A stretch of DNA of 64,000 nt from Candidatus Heimdallarchaeota archaeon (GCA_011364965.1 RDOB01000006.1:32001-96000); one strand, 5' to 3'. Counted from the stretch's first letter, positions 1 through 10,651 are shown. Program-made: numbers and translations. Notes: a model not told the origin generated them from the letters alone.

Positions 1-2
1 CT

Positions 3-3000
3 TAGGGCATTCAAATAATTTTCTGCTTCTAAATCGTCTTGTGTTAAACCATAAAGCAAATTTAGTGATGGAGATGGGTTGGAAGACATTTCTGATATTT
101 GAAAAGCGAATTCTATTGCTTGATCATAGATCTCTTTTTGATTTTTGTAATGTGTACTTATTTTTAAGAGTAACGCGGATATAAAATCGACACTTTGATC
201 ATCTAGATCTTTCGATAAATTACGAATAATAGATAATCCCTGCAATACCTCAGTTCGCTGTAGATCGTACTGCTCCATTAATGAAGAAACTAAATTTACT
301 AATTTTAATCCATTTTCCAATTTTAGGGATTTGAGATTCGTAATATTCTCAATTAAAACTGTAAATAACAAATTAAACTCTTTTATGAGGCTTAATTCTT
401 GTGTTAATCGAATTGTGAAAAATACAAAGACTTCTTCTGCTTCTGGTATTTCAGATAGTGAAACAAAGAATAGTGATACTTGATCTTGGAATAGTTCTCG
501 CTGTTTCAACTTTATTGAGTCAATTAAAAGGGTAACATAAAAATCTAAAGATTGTTTCAGTGCGCTAATATCATCAATAAGTAAGTTAATATACATTCTA
601 AGAATAAATTTGCTTTTCGCTGGATTTTTTCTTACAAAAATGGGAACCAAGTCTCGTAATAAGGCAAGAGTTTCGCTAAACTTATTATTATCAATACCTA
701 GTGTGGCCATATCTAGTACTTGTGATAATGCTCCCTCAATATTTCCGCGACCAATTAATGCGTCGATTTTCTTTCGTTCTACATCTAAAATCTTTTCAGT
801 AAGGTTCAGGTGCTGATAAATCCGTCCTAGGAATTCTAAAAAATTCTTTGCTTCATCATATGATTTTGCTTCATTTTTACTGAAAAGAGATTCAATTACT
901 TCTTCTGCGAAAGTAATAATAGGTTGAGACATTTGAGAGACGTTTTCATTATATACGAGTGTTACAGGAGCCCATGATCTTTCTAAATAAATCATGGTAT
1001 ACGCAAGATTCTCAACACTCCATAGCTTTCGGGCTTCTGATAGAGCAATAAGGGAGGATTCTCTATACATCTCCAATCCTGTATAGATGCTCAGAGCTCT
1101 GTCTATTAAAGTAAAATAGGTATCATAGTCCTTTTCCGTAAATCTATTTTTCGCAACAGTAAGACATGTGTCTGCTATGGCCAAAGAATTTGTAGAAGCT
1201 GAACTTTCAGCTTTAGCGAGTTTCTCCATGCCTTCATCAATACGTCCAACCTTCAATAATGCTGTACCATAATCTTGATAGAATTGGATCATATCCCCTT
1301 CGGATCCTGTTTTTGAAATCAATTCTTTTGCCTCTGAGAACTGTATAGATGCTTTTTTATCGTCTTTTCCAATTAAACTCACTGCTCTTGTAATTTTGAG
1401 CTTTGCAGCATCCTTGGGTTGTCCTAAATCTACTAGACATTTGCTTAGGAAGTTTGTAAAACTATCTGCTATTTTTTGATCATCAAGATTTTCATAAACT
1501 GCATTCTTACTTGTTACGTAATCCAATAAAATTCCGATTTTTTCCAATAAGTTTTCTTGCATGAAAATCTCGAAAGCTTGTTTTAAATAACTTATACCCT
1601 TTTTGATATACCCTGCTTCAATTAAACGATTAGAAAGATCAAAAGCTGCGTCTCCTTGAGCTTCTTTCACTCCTAGATAATCATAGAGTTTCAAAATATT
1701 ATTAAAAAGGTCATTAATTAGATCTTCTTTAATATTTTTAGCCAGAGCTTCACTTATTTGATCTTCTAATCTTTTTATTACCTGAAGAACCTGTTCTTGA
1801 GGCGCTTCCCCCTCTATGAGCAATTTTGTTTGTTTTCCCCTGAAAAGAACTGCTTCTTCAAATTTACCATGGGAATGCAAAGCACTAGCAAATTCCTCAA
1901 TTCGTGCCATCCCACGTGTGGTATTCTTTGTTTGAACTAAAAAATCAAAATCCTTCTGATGAAAAGCAATAGCCTGATTATAATTCCCTTCTTCAAGGGC
2001 TTTCAATGCATATGTCGCATATAATGAATCATATCGATCGCTATCTTGTAATTGTAAATATATATTTCCTAATAGAGTCAGAAATTCCATTCTTATGGTT
2101 TCAGGAACCATTATTTCAAGTTTTGTGAATTGTGCGAGTAGAGCTTCTCCGTAAGCTTTTTTAATTTCTATATCAGCGCTTTGAATTAGATTTGCTCCTT
2201 CTTGAAGGCAGTTTAACTGTTCTTCATAATTGCCCCAAGTTGCATAATGCGCAGCAATTTTTAAGTTCAGCCAAGCAGCAGCTTGATATTCATCAACTTG
2301 GGAATATCTGTCTACCAAAAAGGTCTTAAGTTGTTCTAACGCCTTCCTCTCCCTTTTCTCTGCTAATTTTTCAATTTTTTGTTCTAAATATTCCCCTATT
2401 TGACTTATCGCGCTCATTCGCCTATTATTTATTAAAATTTCAAGTGATTTTTGAGTAAAGGGAAAATCATCTGCTATCACTTTTGTTTCTCGGAGATTAA
2501 TCCCAAATTTCCAAATAAATAAGGCAACTTCTTCAATTTCAGCTCCCCGATCTAATTTTCGTTCGATTTCTTCAATTTTATTGAAGAATTTCATCATCAA
2601 TAAAGAATCAATATTATCTACAGAAATCTTACTAGGTGAGGATAATACTTTCGCTGATTCTTTTTTACCTTCATTAAAAAGGTACTCAATAATCGCCCGT
2701 GGAACTGCTTCATCTCCGACGAGCTGTGAGTTTGAAATCGCTTCATCTATAGATTTGAATCCCATTTCTAGTTGTTGATGATTTAAATGAATTTTAGATA
2801 TTTCAAATAGGATTGTAGAAACTTCACCCAATGATTTAGCATTTAGGTGAGCTTCTCGAGCTTTAGCTATTAAAAGATCGGCTAATTTCCGTTTTTCTTG
2901 ATCTTGGTAATGATCTCGGAGGAATTGGATTCCAATTTCGGCATAAGCGACTTTTTCTATATTAACGGCCTTTAAAATCTGAGTTTCATCTTCAAATATC

Positions 3001-3629
3001 GTTCTTGCCTCGTCAAATAAGGCGAATCCTTTCTCTAGTTTATGATTTCTAATGTTCAATTCCGCTTCTGCTAAAAGGGAATTAAATAACTCTTCCCGAT
3101 TTTGCATCATATCAAAAATTACACGTGATTTCTGAAAAGACTCTTCTGCTTCCTCTTCACTTCCAGGTATCTTTGAAAGATTAATACCTACTTCTACAAA
3201 GACTTTTCCAGCTTGTAGAAATTCTATATTTCTTTGTGAAATCCCAGAGACAATTTCTCTGCATTCTCCCAAAAAGTATCTTGTTAAAGCTCCATGTTTA
3301 GTTAGATAATTATTATTCTCCTTTAAAACTGTAATATATTCTTCTACAAGAGGGATTGCGGCTGCTGCATATCGAAATAATTCTCTATTTGTTTTATTTT
3401 TTCCTTTTCTTGCTGAATTAATGATTTTTCTATATAAAATGATAACAGGTTCAGCTTTTTTCTCCTGTTGTCTCATTTCTATAGCTTTTTCAAGATAGGT
3501 TAATCCCTCCGAATAATCATTGTTTTCGATATAATAATCTCCTATATCAGCAGCAAGAGTAGCTGCTTCATCCCATTTTCTCTTTTTCTCTAATTTAGCT
3601 AATTTTTTGGTATTTCCTTCTATATCCAT
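3..3629 (-). CDS. Large TPR/alpha-SNAP-like alpha-solenoid protein, >1209 aa, 3' end runs off the window
   Basis: Not in the ORF track because there is no stop in the window. Manual translation from ATG at 3629 (MDIEGNTKKLAKLEKKRKWDEAATLAADIGDYYIENNDYSEGLTYLEKAIEM...) stays open to base 3 (...AENYLNAL). Repeated helical-hairpin patterns such as YGTALLKVGRIDEGMEKLAKA and LIEAGYIKKGISYLKQAFEIF. Confidence 0.85.
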   Translation of the reverse strand, partial: MDIEGNTKKLAKLEKKRKWDEAATLAADIGDYYIENNDYSEGLTYLEKAIEMRQQEKKAEPVIILYRKIINSARKGKNKTNRELFRYAAAAIPLVEEYITVLKENNNYLTKHGALTRYFLGECREIVSGISQRNIEFLQAGKVFVEVGINLSKIPGSEEEAEESFQKSRVIFDMMQNREELFNSLLAEAELNIRNHKLEKGFALFDEARTIFEDETQILKAVNIEKVAYAEIGIQFLRDHYQDQEKRKLADLLIAKAREAHLNAKSLGEVSTILFEISKIHLNHQQLEMGFKSIDEAISNSQLVGDEAVPRAIIEYLFNEGKKESAKVLSSPSKISVDNIDSLLMMKFFNKIEEIERKLDRGAEIEEVALFIWKFGINLRETKVIADDFPFTQKSLEILINNRRMSAISQIGEYLEQKIEKLAEKRERKALEQLKTFLVDRYSQVDEYQAAAWLNLKIAAHYATWGNYEEQLNCLQEGANLIQSADIEIKKAYGEALLAQFTKLEIMVPETIRMEFLTLLGNIYLQLQDSDRYDSLYATYALKALEEGNYNQAIAFHQKDFDFLVQTKNTTRGMARIEEFASALHSHGKFEEAVLFRGKQTKLLIEGEAPQEQVLQVIKRLEDQISEALAKNIKEDLINDLFNNILKLYDYLGVKEAQGDAAFDLSNRLIEAGYIKKGISYLKQAFEIFMQENLLEKIGILLDYVTSKNAVYENLDDQKIADSFTNFLSKCLVDLGQPKDAAKLKITRAVSLIGKDDKKASIQFSEAKELISKTGSEGDMIQFYQDYGTALLKVGRIDEGMEKLAKAESSASTNSLAIADTCLTVAKNRFTEKDYDTYFTLIDRALSIYTGLEMYRESSLIALSEARKLWSVENLAYTMIYLERSWAPVTLVYNENVSQMSQPIITFAEEVIESLFSKNEAKSYDEAKNFLEFLGRIYQHLNLTEKILDVERKKIDALIGRGNIEGALSQVLDMATLGIDNNKFSETLALLRDLVPIFVRKNPAKSKFILRMYINLLIDDISALKQSLDFYVTLLIDSIKLKQRELFQDQVSLFFVSLSEIPEAEEVFVFFTIRLTQELSLIKEFNLLFTVLIENITNLKSLKLENGLKLVNLVSSLMEQYDLQRTEVLQGLSIIRNLSKDLDDQSVDFISALLLKISTHYKNQKEIYDQAIEFAFQISEMSSNPSPSLNLLYGLTQDDLEAENYLNAL

Positions 3630-3659
3630 TTACAGTCGGTCCTTTCAAGATTTATGCCC

Positions 3660-4511
3660 TTATAAATGAGTATTTAACCAATTCAATAAGTCTTTAAGCG
3701 CTAATGTCCGAGAATCCTCCAACTCATTATAAACCTCATGAAAACAATCCTTATAAATTTTCAAAGTTTTATCAGATGTTGTAAGATATTCTGATAGCTC
3801 TTTTACTCCAGGAACAGCTTTATCGTGTTCTCCACTCTGCATTAAAATTGGGATTTGGATTTTTGCTATATCTGCTATAATGATCTTTGTTACTTTGAGA
3901 ATTTCGGATCCTAACTTCAATGTTGATTTTGTAAAAATATAAGGATCATTTTTATAGGCATTCACGACCTCTTGATCTCTTGATATATGATCTGCAACCC
4001 CCACTTCAATCTTCCCTTTTGGGTTTATTTTAGCCATTAATTTAGCAATGAATTTGATAATTGGATTAACTGTACCTCCCATAGTGGTTCCTGAACCCGA
4101 TAAAACTAGACCTTGGAACGATTCAGGTTCATTAGCAATGTACATAATAGCAATGTAGGATCCCATCGAATGGCCAAGCAAAAATAATGGTTTTTCCCCC
4201 TCAGCTTTTGTTATAATCTCAGTAAATCGCTCCTGATCAATTACATAATCATTAAAGGAGTTTGGAACATAAGCACGCTCTCCCTCAGATCTCCCATGAC
4301 CTCGAAGATCTGCGATGTATATGGCATAACCTTCTGGAACTAAAGTGTTAACAACATTCGTGTATCGATTTGAATGTTCTGCAAAGCCGTGAATTATCTG
4401 AATTACAGCTTTAGGTTCTTTTTCTGGTCTCCAAACCTGATAAAAAATGGTTGTTCCATCGTGCGTTTTGAATTCTTTTTCAAAATGTTCCAAGGTTTTA
4501 TCCACTCTCAA
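3660..4511 (-). CDS. Alpha/beta hydrolase, lysophospholipase/monoacylglycerol lipase family
   Basis: IHGFAEH, DLRGHGRS, nucleophile GHSMG and C-terminal HEVYNE motifs. Confidence 0.92.
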   Translation of the reverse strand: MRVDKTLEHFEKEFKTHDGTTIFYQVWRPEKEPKAVIQIIHGFAEHSNRYTNVVNTLVPEGYAIYIADLRGHGRSEGERAYVPNSFNDYVIDQERFTEIITKAEGEKPLFLLGHSMGSYIAIMYIANEPESFQGLVLSGSGTTMGGTVNPIIKFIAKLMAKINPKGKIEVGVADHISRDQEVVNAYKNDPYIFTKSTLKLGSEILKVTKIIIADIAKIQIPILMQSGEHDKAVPGVKELSEYLTTSDKTLKIYKDCFHEVYNELEDSRTLALKDLLNWLNTHL

Positions 4512-4656
4512 ATGTTTTTAAATAAATATTAATTCAGTTTTTCTCACGAGTCAAAAATCAATGGATTATTAATCTTGTCAGCTATATTTGTTTATTATCG
4601 AAATAAGTTTCCCATTATTAAAACATACACATTCAAGCTAGCTACTATCATTTTTA

Positions 4657-6141
4657 ATGGCGATTGGTGATGAAACTATGAAGATTGCGGTTTTTGCTAG
4701 TGAAATGGATCCATTTATAAAAACAGGTGGTTTAGCTGACGTCATTGGATCTCTGCCTCTAGAATTAGCGAACTTTATTGATTATATTGCCGTTTTCATC
4801 CCATTATATCGTGATATTAAGGCAAATTACCAATACTTAAAGGAAATTCCTTTTGAATTTTCCATAAAAATCGGTTCTTTAAATCATAAAGGGAATCTGT
4901 TTTACATTCCTTTAAATAATAAAATAGAGGTCTTCTTTATTGATAATTACCATTTTTTTGGGATTAGAACTGATTTATATGTCAAAGATGGCAAAGATTA
5001 TCGTGATAACCTTCAAAGGTTTGTATTTTTTTGTAAAGGATCTTTAGAAGCCCTCATGTATTTATCTCAACAAAGTCATCAACCTTTCGATATCCTCCAT
5101 ACTCATGATTGGCAAACAGCCCTGATCAATATATATTCCAGGGAGATGGATTATTTTGTGCAAACTAATCCCCTACGAGTTTATACAATCCATAATCTAA
5201 ATTATCAGGGTAAATTTCCTCAATCTCAATTTAATTTTTTGGGAATTAACCGTAGCTATTTTACTCCAGGTAAATTAGAATTTTGGGGAAAAATCAATTT
5301 GATGAAAGCAGGTATTCTTTATTCTGACATTTTAACTACTGTTAGTCCCACCTATGCAAAAGAGATACAAACAGAAAAGTTCGGTGCAGGTTTAAACACC
5401 TTCATAAAGAAAAGAGAAGCAAATTTGCATGGAATACTTAACGGTGTAGATTATTCTCAATGGAATCCCAAAACAGACCCGTTTATTGCGCAAAATTACT
5501 CAGCTTCAGATTTAAATGGAAAATCTATTTGTAAATCAGCTCTTCAAAGCTCTTTTTCACTTTCACCAGGTAGCAAACCACTTTTAGCGGTAATATCTCG
5601 TCTAGATTGGCAAAAAGGTATGGAACTGATTCTCGAAGTTTTACCCTATTTTCTAAAAAATGAACTGGCTCAATTCATTCTTGTTGGTTCTGGCGATCCT
5701 AAATTGGAGAAGGAGTTTTCAAAATTTGCTCTTCAGAATAGAGGTAATGTTGGAGTTAAGATTGCTTTCAACAATACTTTAGCTCATCAAGTAGAAGCTG
5801 GAGCAGATATATTTCTTATGCCATCACGCTATGAGCCCTGTGGTTTAAATGACAAATATAGCTTAAAGTATGGGACAGTTCCGATTGTTCATAAAACAGG
5901 AGGATTAGCTGATAGTGTAATAGATTATATCAAGGATCCTCAGAAAGGAACGGGATTTTGTTTTCAAGAATATAATTCTAAATCCTTCCAAGAAGCTATT
6001 AAGAGTGCTCTGAAAGTTTTTCAATCCTTACCCGAGTGGCGTCAATTAATGAAAAGAGGAATGGATTTAGATTTCTCTTGGCGAAAAGCATCTAAACAAT
6101 ATTTAGAGATCTATAAACAGCAGATGATTAATAATGGTTGA
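4657..6141 (+). CDS. glgA: Glycogen/starch synthase, GT5 family (probable start MKIAVF at 4678)
   Basis: KTGGLADV, HTHDWQ, YTIHNL, ILNGVDY, PSRYEPCGL and TGGLAD motifs. Confidence 0.95.
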   Translation: MAIGDETMKIAVFASEMDPFIKTGGLADVIGSLPLELANFIDYIAVFIPLYRDIKANYQYLKEIPFEFSIKIGSLNHKGNLFYIPLNNKIEVFFIDNYHFFGIRTDLYVKDGKDYRDNLQRFVFFCKGSLEALMYLSQQSHQPFDILHTHDWQTALINIYSREMDYFVQTNPLRVYTIHNLNYQGKFPQSQFNFLGINRSYFTPGKLEFWGKINLMKAGILYSDILTTVSPTYAKEIQTEKFGAGLNTFIKKREANLHGILNGVDYSQWNPKTDPFIAQNYSASDLNGKSICKSALQSSFSLSPGSKPLLAVISRLDWQKGMELILEVLPYFLKNELAQFILVGSGDPKLEKEFSKFALQNRGNVGVKIAFNNTLAHQVEAGADIFLMPSRYEPCGLNDKYSLKYGTVPIVHKTGGLADSVIDYIKDPQKGTGFCFQEYNSKSFQEAIKSALKVFQSLPEWRQLMKRGMDLDFSWRKASKQYLEIYKQQMINNG

Positions 6142-7441
6142 ACTCTTTCTTTTAAAAGGAACTAAAGATCATTTACCCGATGAACAGATACTACGTGAAT
6201 ATATAATTGATATCGCGAAGAAAGTCTTCCATTTATTTGGATTTCAACCAGCTACTACTCCAATCCTTGAACCTTTTGATATTCTAGCATCAAAATATTC
6301 AGGAGGAGAAGAGATACTTAAGGAAACATATAAATTAACTGATCAAGGAAACAGAGAGCTTGGATTAAGGTATGATTTATCGGTACCCTTATCTAGACTT
6401 ATTGGAATGAATCCTCAATTGAAGAGACCTTTTAAAAGGTATGAAATCGGTCACTGCTTCCGTGATGGCCCCATTAAGAAGGGAAGATATCGTGAATTTG
6501 TGCAAATGGATGCTGATATAGTAGGTGTTTCCTCAATGCTGGCGGACGCTGAATGTTTGGCATTAGCTCACAGAATATTTGCAGAACTAGGTTTAGAGGT
6601 CTTTTTGGAAGTTAATAACAGAAAATTATTAACTGGTATCCTTATTCAGGCAGGGGTGCCAGAAGAATTAATTAAAACAACAATACTCTCAATTGATAAG
6701 ATGAAAAAAATCGGGATACCTGGAGTACGAGAAGAATTAAAGCTAAAAGGAATCTCATTTGAATTAGCTGAGAAAATTTTTAGTTATTTTGAGTATGATG
6801 GACCTTATTTAGAAATTTTGGATCAACTTGAACCTCGAATACAGAATGAAATTGGCAAAAAAGGTGTCCAAGAGCTAAGAGAGCTCTTTCAGTACATACA
6901 AATATTCAAAATTGAAAAAGACGTTAAATTGTTATATTCTTTAGCTAGAGGGCTAGAAATCTACACTGGAACAGTATTTGAAGCATTTCTTAAGGAATCG
7001 GCAGTTATTGATTCTTCTCTCTGTGGTGGAGGGCGTTATGACAAAATAATTGGCAATTTCCTAGAATCGGATGTTGAATTTCCTGCAGTTGGAATATCAT
7101 TTGGTCTCGATACTATTTACGATACATTGTCTAATCAAAAGATAATTTCACCCATAATTACAGATGTGTATTTGATTCCTATTCGAACATTAGAGAAAAC
7201 CGTAGAAATTGCATGTGTGTTACGGAAAAATAACATTAATTCTGAAATTGATCTTTTAAATAGAAGTTTATCGAAAAATCTTGAATATGCTGATAAAAAT
7301 AATATCCCTTATGTTCTGATCATTGGAAAAAAGGATCTGAAGAAGGAAGTTGTAACTTTAAGAAAAATGAAGGATGGAGAGGAAGAAAAGGTACCCCTCG
7401 CTTTAATTATTGAAAGAATTTCGCAATTAACCAAGAAATAA
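6134..7441 (+). CDS. hisS: Histidyl-tRNA synthetase
   Basis: LRYDLSVP, GRYREFVQMDADI, ARGLEIYTG, GGGRYD and a C-terminal anticodon-binding domain. Overlaps glgA by 8 bp. Confidence 0.96.
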   Translation: MVELFLLKGTKDHLPDEQILREYIIDIAKKVFHLFGFQPATTPILEPFDILASKYSGGEEILKETYKLTDQGNRELGLRYDLSVPLSRLIGMNPQLKRPFKRYEIGHCFRDGPIKKGRYREFVQMDADIVGVSSMLADAECLALAHRIFAELGLEVFLEVNNRKLLTGILIQAGVPEELIKTTILSIDKMKKIGIPGVREELKLKGISFELAEKIFSYFEYDGPYLEILDQLEPRIQNEIGKKGVQELRELFQYIQIFKIEKDVKLLYSLARGLEIYTGTVFEAFLKESAVIDSSLCGGGRYDKIIGNFLESDVEFPAVGISFGLDTIYDTLSNQKIISPIITDVYLIPIRTLEKTVEIACVLRKNNINSEIDLLNRSLSKNLEYADKNNIPYVLIIGKKDLKKEVVTLRKMKDGEEEKVPLALIIERISQLTKK

Positions 7442-7622
7442 GGGAATATGAGTCCAACCAACTCCGATCATTTACAAAAAGCCCTATTTTTTAATTGATA
7501 AGAGGAAAATGCTTTTTATAATATGGCGAAGTGATACCTGTAATCGGTCTTTGCATATTGTCTCGCAATAAACTGTCACATTTGAATAAAATGAGTTAGT
7601 TTCAGTCTTAAAAACAATTAAG

Positions 7623-8993
7623 ATGAGTAAAATGTCCAAAAAATTCGATTCATATTCATACAATCAATGGGGTCATTACCTCGAAGGCTTGTCAGAATCC
7701 ATTGACCCAGAAGAATATATAGTTGCGACATATTACATTTCTGTTGCCAGTGGAATCGACCCTTGGTATATCGGACGAGTAATGGTAAAGGAACAAACAA
7801 TAGGTTCCTATATTCCATACCATTCTGACCCTAAAACCATTTTACGAAAGTATGGTGGAAAGGTTATTGGTTTATACGAAGTACCTCCCCGAGAAATATC
7901 TATCCCTGCTCAATTAAAAGAACGTGATTATATTATCAAAATAGCCTATCCTAAAATTGGATTAACTCAATTTCCATTACTTTTAACAACAATAATGGGA
8001 AACATAAGCCTTGGAGGGAAAGTCAAGCTTTTAGATGTTGCTTTTCCGCCCACTTTTTTGCAGAAATGGCAAGGCCCTAAATTTGGGATTCCAGGATTAC
8101 GAAAGGAATTGAATATTCCTGATAGACCTTTACTAACCGTTGTAAATCATACATTTTCACTCGAGGACGGAACAAATTATTTTTACGAAGCAGCTATGGG
8201 AGGAGCTGATTTCGTAAAGGATGACGAAGGAATTGCAGGAGATATAGAATATCTACCATTAGAAGCACGAGTGACGAGTTATATGGAGAAAATGGATCTA
8301 GCAAAGGAAGAAACAGGCGAGAAAACCATATATTTGGTAAATGTGACCGCTGAACCTAAAACTTTGATAGAGAACGCAGAAAAAGCTATTGATAACGGCG
8401 CAAATGGTTTAATGGTAAATTATTTGACAGTTGGGTTACCCGCAGTCAAAATGTTGACTGAAGATCCTAGTATCAAGCTACCAGTCTTGGGTCACATGGA
8501 TCATGCAGGAGTCTTTTATGAATCAGAAATCTCAGGAATATCCTCGTTCTTAATGATGGGCAAATTTGCCAGATTAGCAGGTTTGGATATATTGGTGTAT
8601 CCTGGGGTATATGGAAAGGCTCCATTCTTACGAGATAAGTATATTGGCTGCGCTATGGCTTTACGTTATCCTTTTGGGAGTCTTAAACCTGTTTTACCAA
8701 TGCCAGCAGGAGGAGTTACTCCTGGAATAGTACTAAAATTGATTAAAGATTTAGATCGCGATATCATGATTGGCGCAGGATCAAGTGTCCATTCTCACCC
8801 TCAAGGAACTCGAGCAGGAGTAAAAGCTTTTCGTCAAATCATCGAAGTGGGTATGGATCAGAAATTAATGGTTGAAGCACTAGAAGATTTAGAGGATTTC
8901 ATTGATGATCATGACGAAGATTATCCTGAATTGGCCTCTGCGATCAATTCATGGGGCGAAACAGGCATTTCCTATTTTCCCGAACTCAATTAA
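7623..8993 (+). CDS. RuBisCO-like protein (form IV-type), divergent active site
   Basis: GPKFGIPG, GGADFVKDDE, YLVNVT, PAGG and HPQG motifs. Lacks the K175/K177, R295, H327 and S379 equivalents. Confidence 0.9.
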   Translation: MSKMSKKFDSYSYNQWGHYLEGLSESIDPEEYIVATYYISVASGIDPWYIGRVMVKEQTIGSYIPYHSDPKTILRKYGGKVIGLYEVPPREISIPAQLKERDYIIKIAYPKIGLTQFPLLLTTIMGNISLGGKVKLLDVAFPPTFLQKWQGPKFGIPGLRKELNIPDRPLLTVVNHTFSLEDGTNYFYEAAMGGADFVKDDEGIAGDIEYLPLEARVTSYMEKMDLAKEETGEKTIYLVNVTAEPKTLIENAEKAIDNGANGLMVNYLTVGLPAVKMLTEDPSIKLPVLGHMDHAGVFYESEISGISSFLMMGKFARLAGLDILVYPGVYGKAPFLRDKYIGCAMALRYPFGSLKPVLPMPAGGVTPGIVLKLIKDLDRDIMIGAGSSVHSHPQGTRAGVKAFRQIIEVGMDQKLMVEALEDLEDFIDDHDEDYPELASAINSWGETGISYFPELN

Positions 8994-9002
8994 AAATAAG
9001 AT

Positions 9003-9689
9003 TTAATCTCCCTTCCATTTAAAGATTGAACGATTCATTCTATGCTTTATGGTATAGAGATGCGTTTTAAAAGGAGATTTTTTTCCCCCTATTGTCGTTT
9101 CATGGTTTTTAAGCGCTTTACGGAAATCTTCAGAGGTTGATCCCTCAAATGATAACCAAGCTCTTCCTAATTCTAATGAAAAATGAGCATCTGACCCAGC
9201 AGTCTGAATGAGGTTAAATTTGTCTGCAAATTGCTCTGCGCGCTTATTTGCAAAAGGTATAATACATCGGGAGTTCAATACTTCTATAGCATCGATCGCT
9301 TCAACATGGTTGGAATGTAATTGAAAGGATTTTCCTCGAATTTTGTCAAAAGGATGAGGAATAAGTACTAATCCGTCATGAGTTCTAATATAATCAATTA
9401 AATCCATAAATCTGTTTGTTGGTGGCATTTCATCAAGCCATACCCCTATTACTTCTCCTAGATCAGTAAGGATTTCTATGCCTGGAATAAGAAGAAGATT
9501 ATCTTCAGATGAGAGAAGCGATTTCATGGCATCCACACCCCTAAGTGTGTCATGATCACAAATCATAAAACCCTGAATTCCCCTCTCCTTACTGATTTTG
9601 ATGATATGTCTTGGGTCTAAATTTGAACACTTAGAATATTTCGTGTGTACATGAAAATCGATCCTACTCAATAAAATTCCACACTTCAA
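9003..9689 (-). CDS. PHP-domain metal-dependent phosphoesterase
   Basis: DFHVHT, CDHD, PGIE, PHP and GSDAH motifs. Confidence 0.92.
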   Translation of the reverse strand: MKCGILLSRIDFHVHTKYSKCSNLDPRHIIKISKERGIQGFMICDHDTLRGVDAMKSLLSSEDNLLLIPGIEILTDLGEVIGVWLDEMPPTNRFMDLIDYIRTHDGLVLIPHPFDKIRGKSFQLHSNHVEAIDAIEVLNSRCIIPFANKRAEQFADKFNLIQTAGSDAHFSLELGRAWLSFEGSTSEDFRKALKNHETTIGGKKSPFKTHLYTIKHRMNRSIFKWKGD

Positions 9690-10651
9690 ACTATAAAAAA
9701 ACTACTGAAGAATATAACAGCTGTTGATAGCCATAAAGACCAACGACTATATTTTCTGCCTTTGATAGCGTTTTCTTTTGAGGGGTCTTTGAGAATAGTA
9801 AACGTTGTTAAAAGAATTAGTAGAACTAGGACTGAATAACCACCTAAGAAGAATAAATTGCTTTTATAAACCAAAAATAGCATTAAAAATCCATTGAGAA
9901 TACTTATGAAATAAATAATAGCAGAAATCCTTGCAGCCCATTGAGGACCATAAATATTCGCCACAGTCTTGATTTTATTTGCCAAATCTCCCTCAATATC
10001 CATTAAATCTTTTAAGACTTCTCTTCCTAGTGCTAAGAAGAAAATGAAGGAACATAGAACAATAATATTTAAAAATACCCATGAATCAGTAATACCAACA
10101 AGTAATGCACCCATCAGAAATGGCATAAAATATCCTAAACTGACCCATATATTTCCAAGTATTCCGAATTGTTTTATACCAAAATTATAACCAGCCCCAA
10201 GAGCTATAAAGAATAATACTGCAAAGATAAGAGGAAAGGGAATATCATAAAAAAAGACCATTATTAATGTCATAATGAAAGCTAGAACATAATTTCCCAA
10301 GACAATTAATTTCGCTGAGGATTTTGATAAAGTTCCTCTGACAAGAGGTCTGTCCATTCTATTGTTAATCACATCACTCTCATAATCAAAAATATCGTTA
10401 ATGACATGATTACCTCCTATAAGCAAAAAGGGGATGACTAATCCTAAAAAAATCCCCTCAGGTGGCAGTAATTCATTTAGGAACGTAAATTCAATAATAT
10501 TTTGAGGGGTTTTATTTAAAACTATTGCATTTAGCCGATGGCACAAGTAACCAGCAATTAGGACAACTAAACTAGCTAGAAGACATAAGCTAAGACGATA
10601 GAGGTCTGAAATATCTTTTAGGTTCATTGAATGGTTCCCACTTTTATCCAA
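9686..10651 (-). CDS. UbiA-family prenyltransferase, DGGGP synthase-like
   Basis: NDIFDYESDVINNRMDRPL and REVLKDLMDIEGD Asp-rich motifs; multiple TM helices. Confidence 0.85.
   Translation of the reverse strand: MDKSGNHSMNLKDISDLYRLSLCLLASLVVLIAGYLCHRLNAIVLNKTPQNIIEFTFLNELLPPEGIFLGLVIPFLLIGGNHVINDIFDYESDVINNRMDRPLVRGTLSKSSAKLIVLGNYVLAFIMTLIMVFFYDIPFPLIFAVLFFIALGAGYNFGIKQFGILGNIWVSLGYFMPFLMGALLVGITDSWVFLNIIVLCSFIFFLALGREVLKDLMDIEGDLANKIKTVANIYGPQWAARISAIIYFISILNGFLMLFLVYKSNLFFLGGYSVLVLLILLTTFTILKDPSKENAIKGRKYSRWSLWLSTAVIFFSSFFIV

Noticed and set aside
7623-8993. CO2-fixing RuBisCO or AMP-pathway form III enzyme
   Set aside because: Residues essential for carboxylation (K175, K177, R295, H327, S379) are missing.
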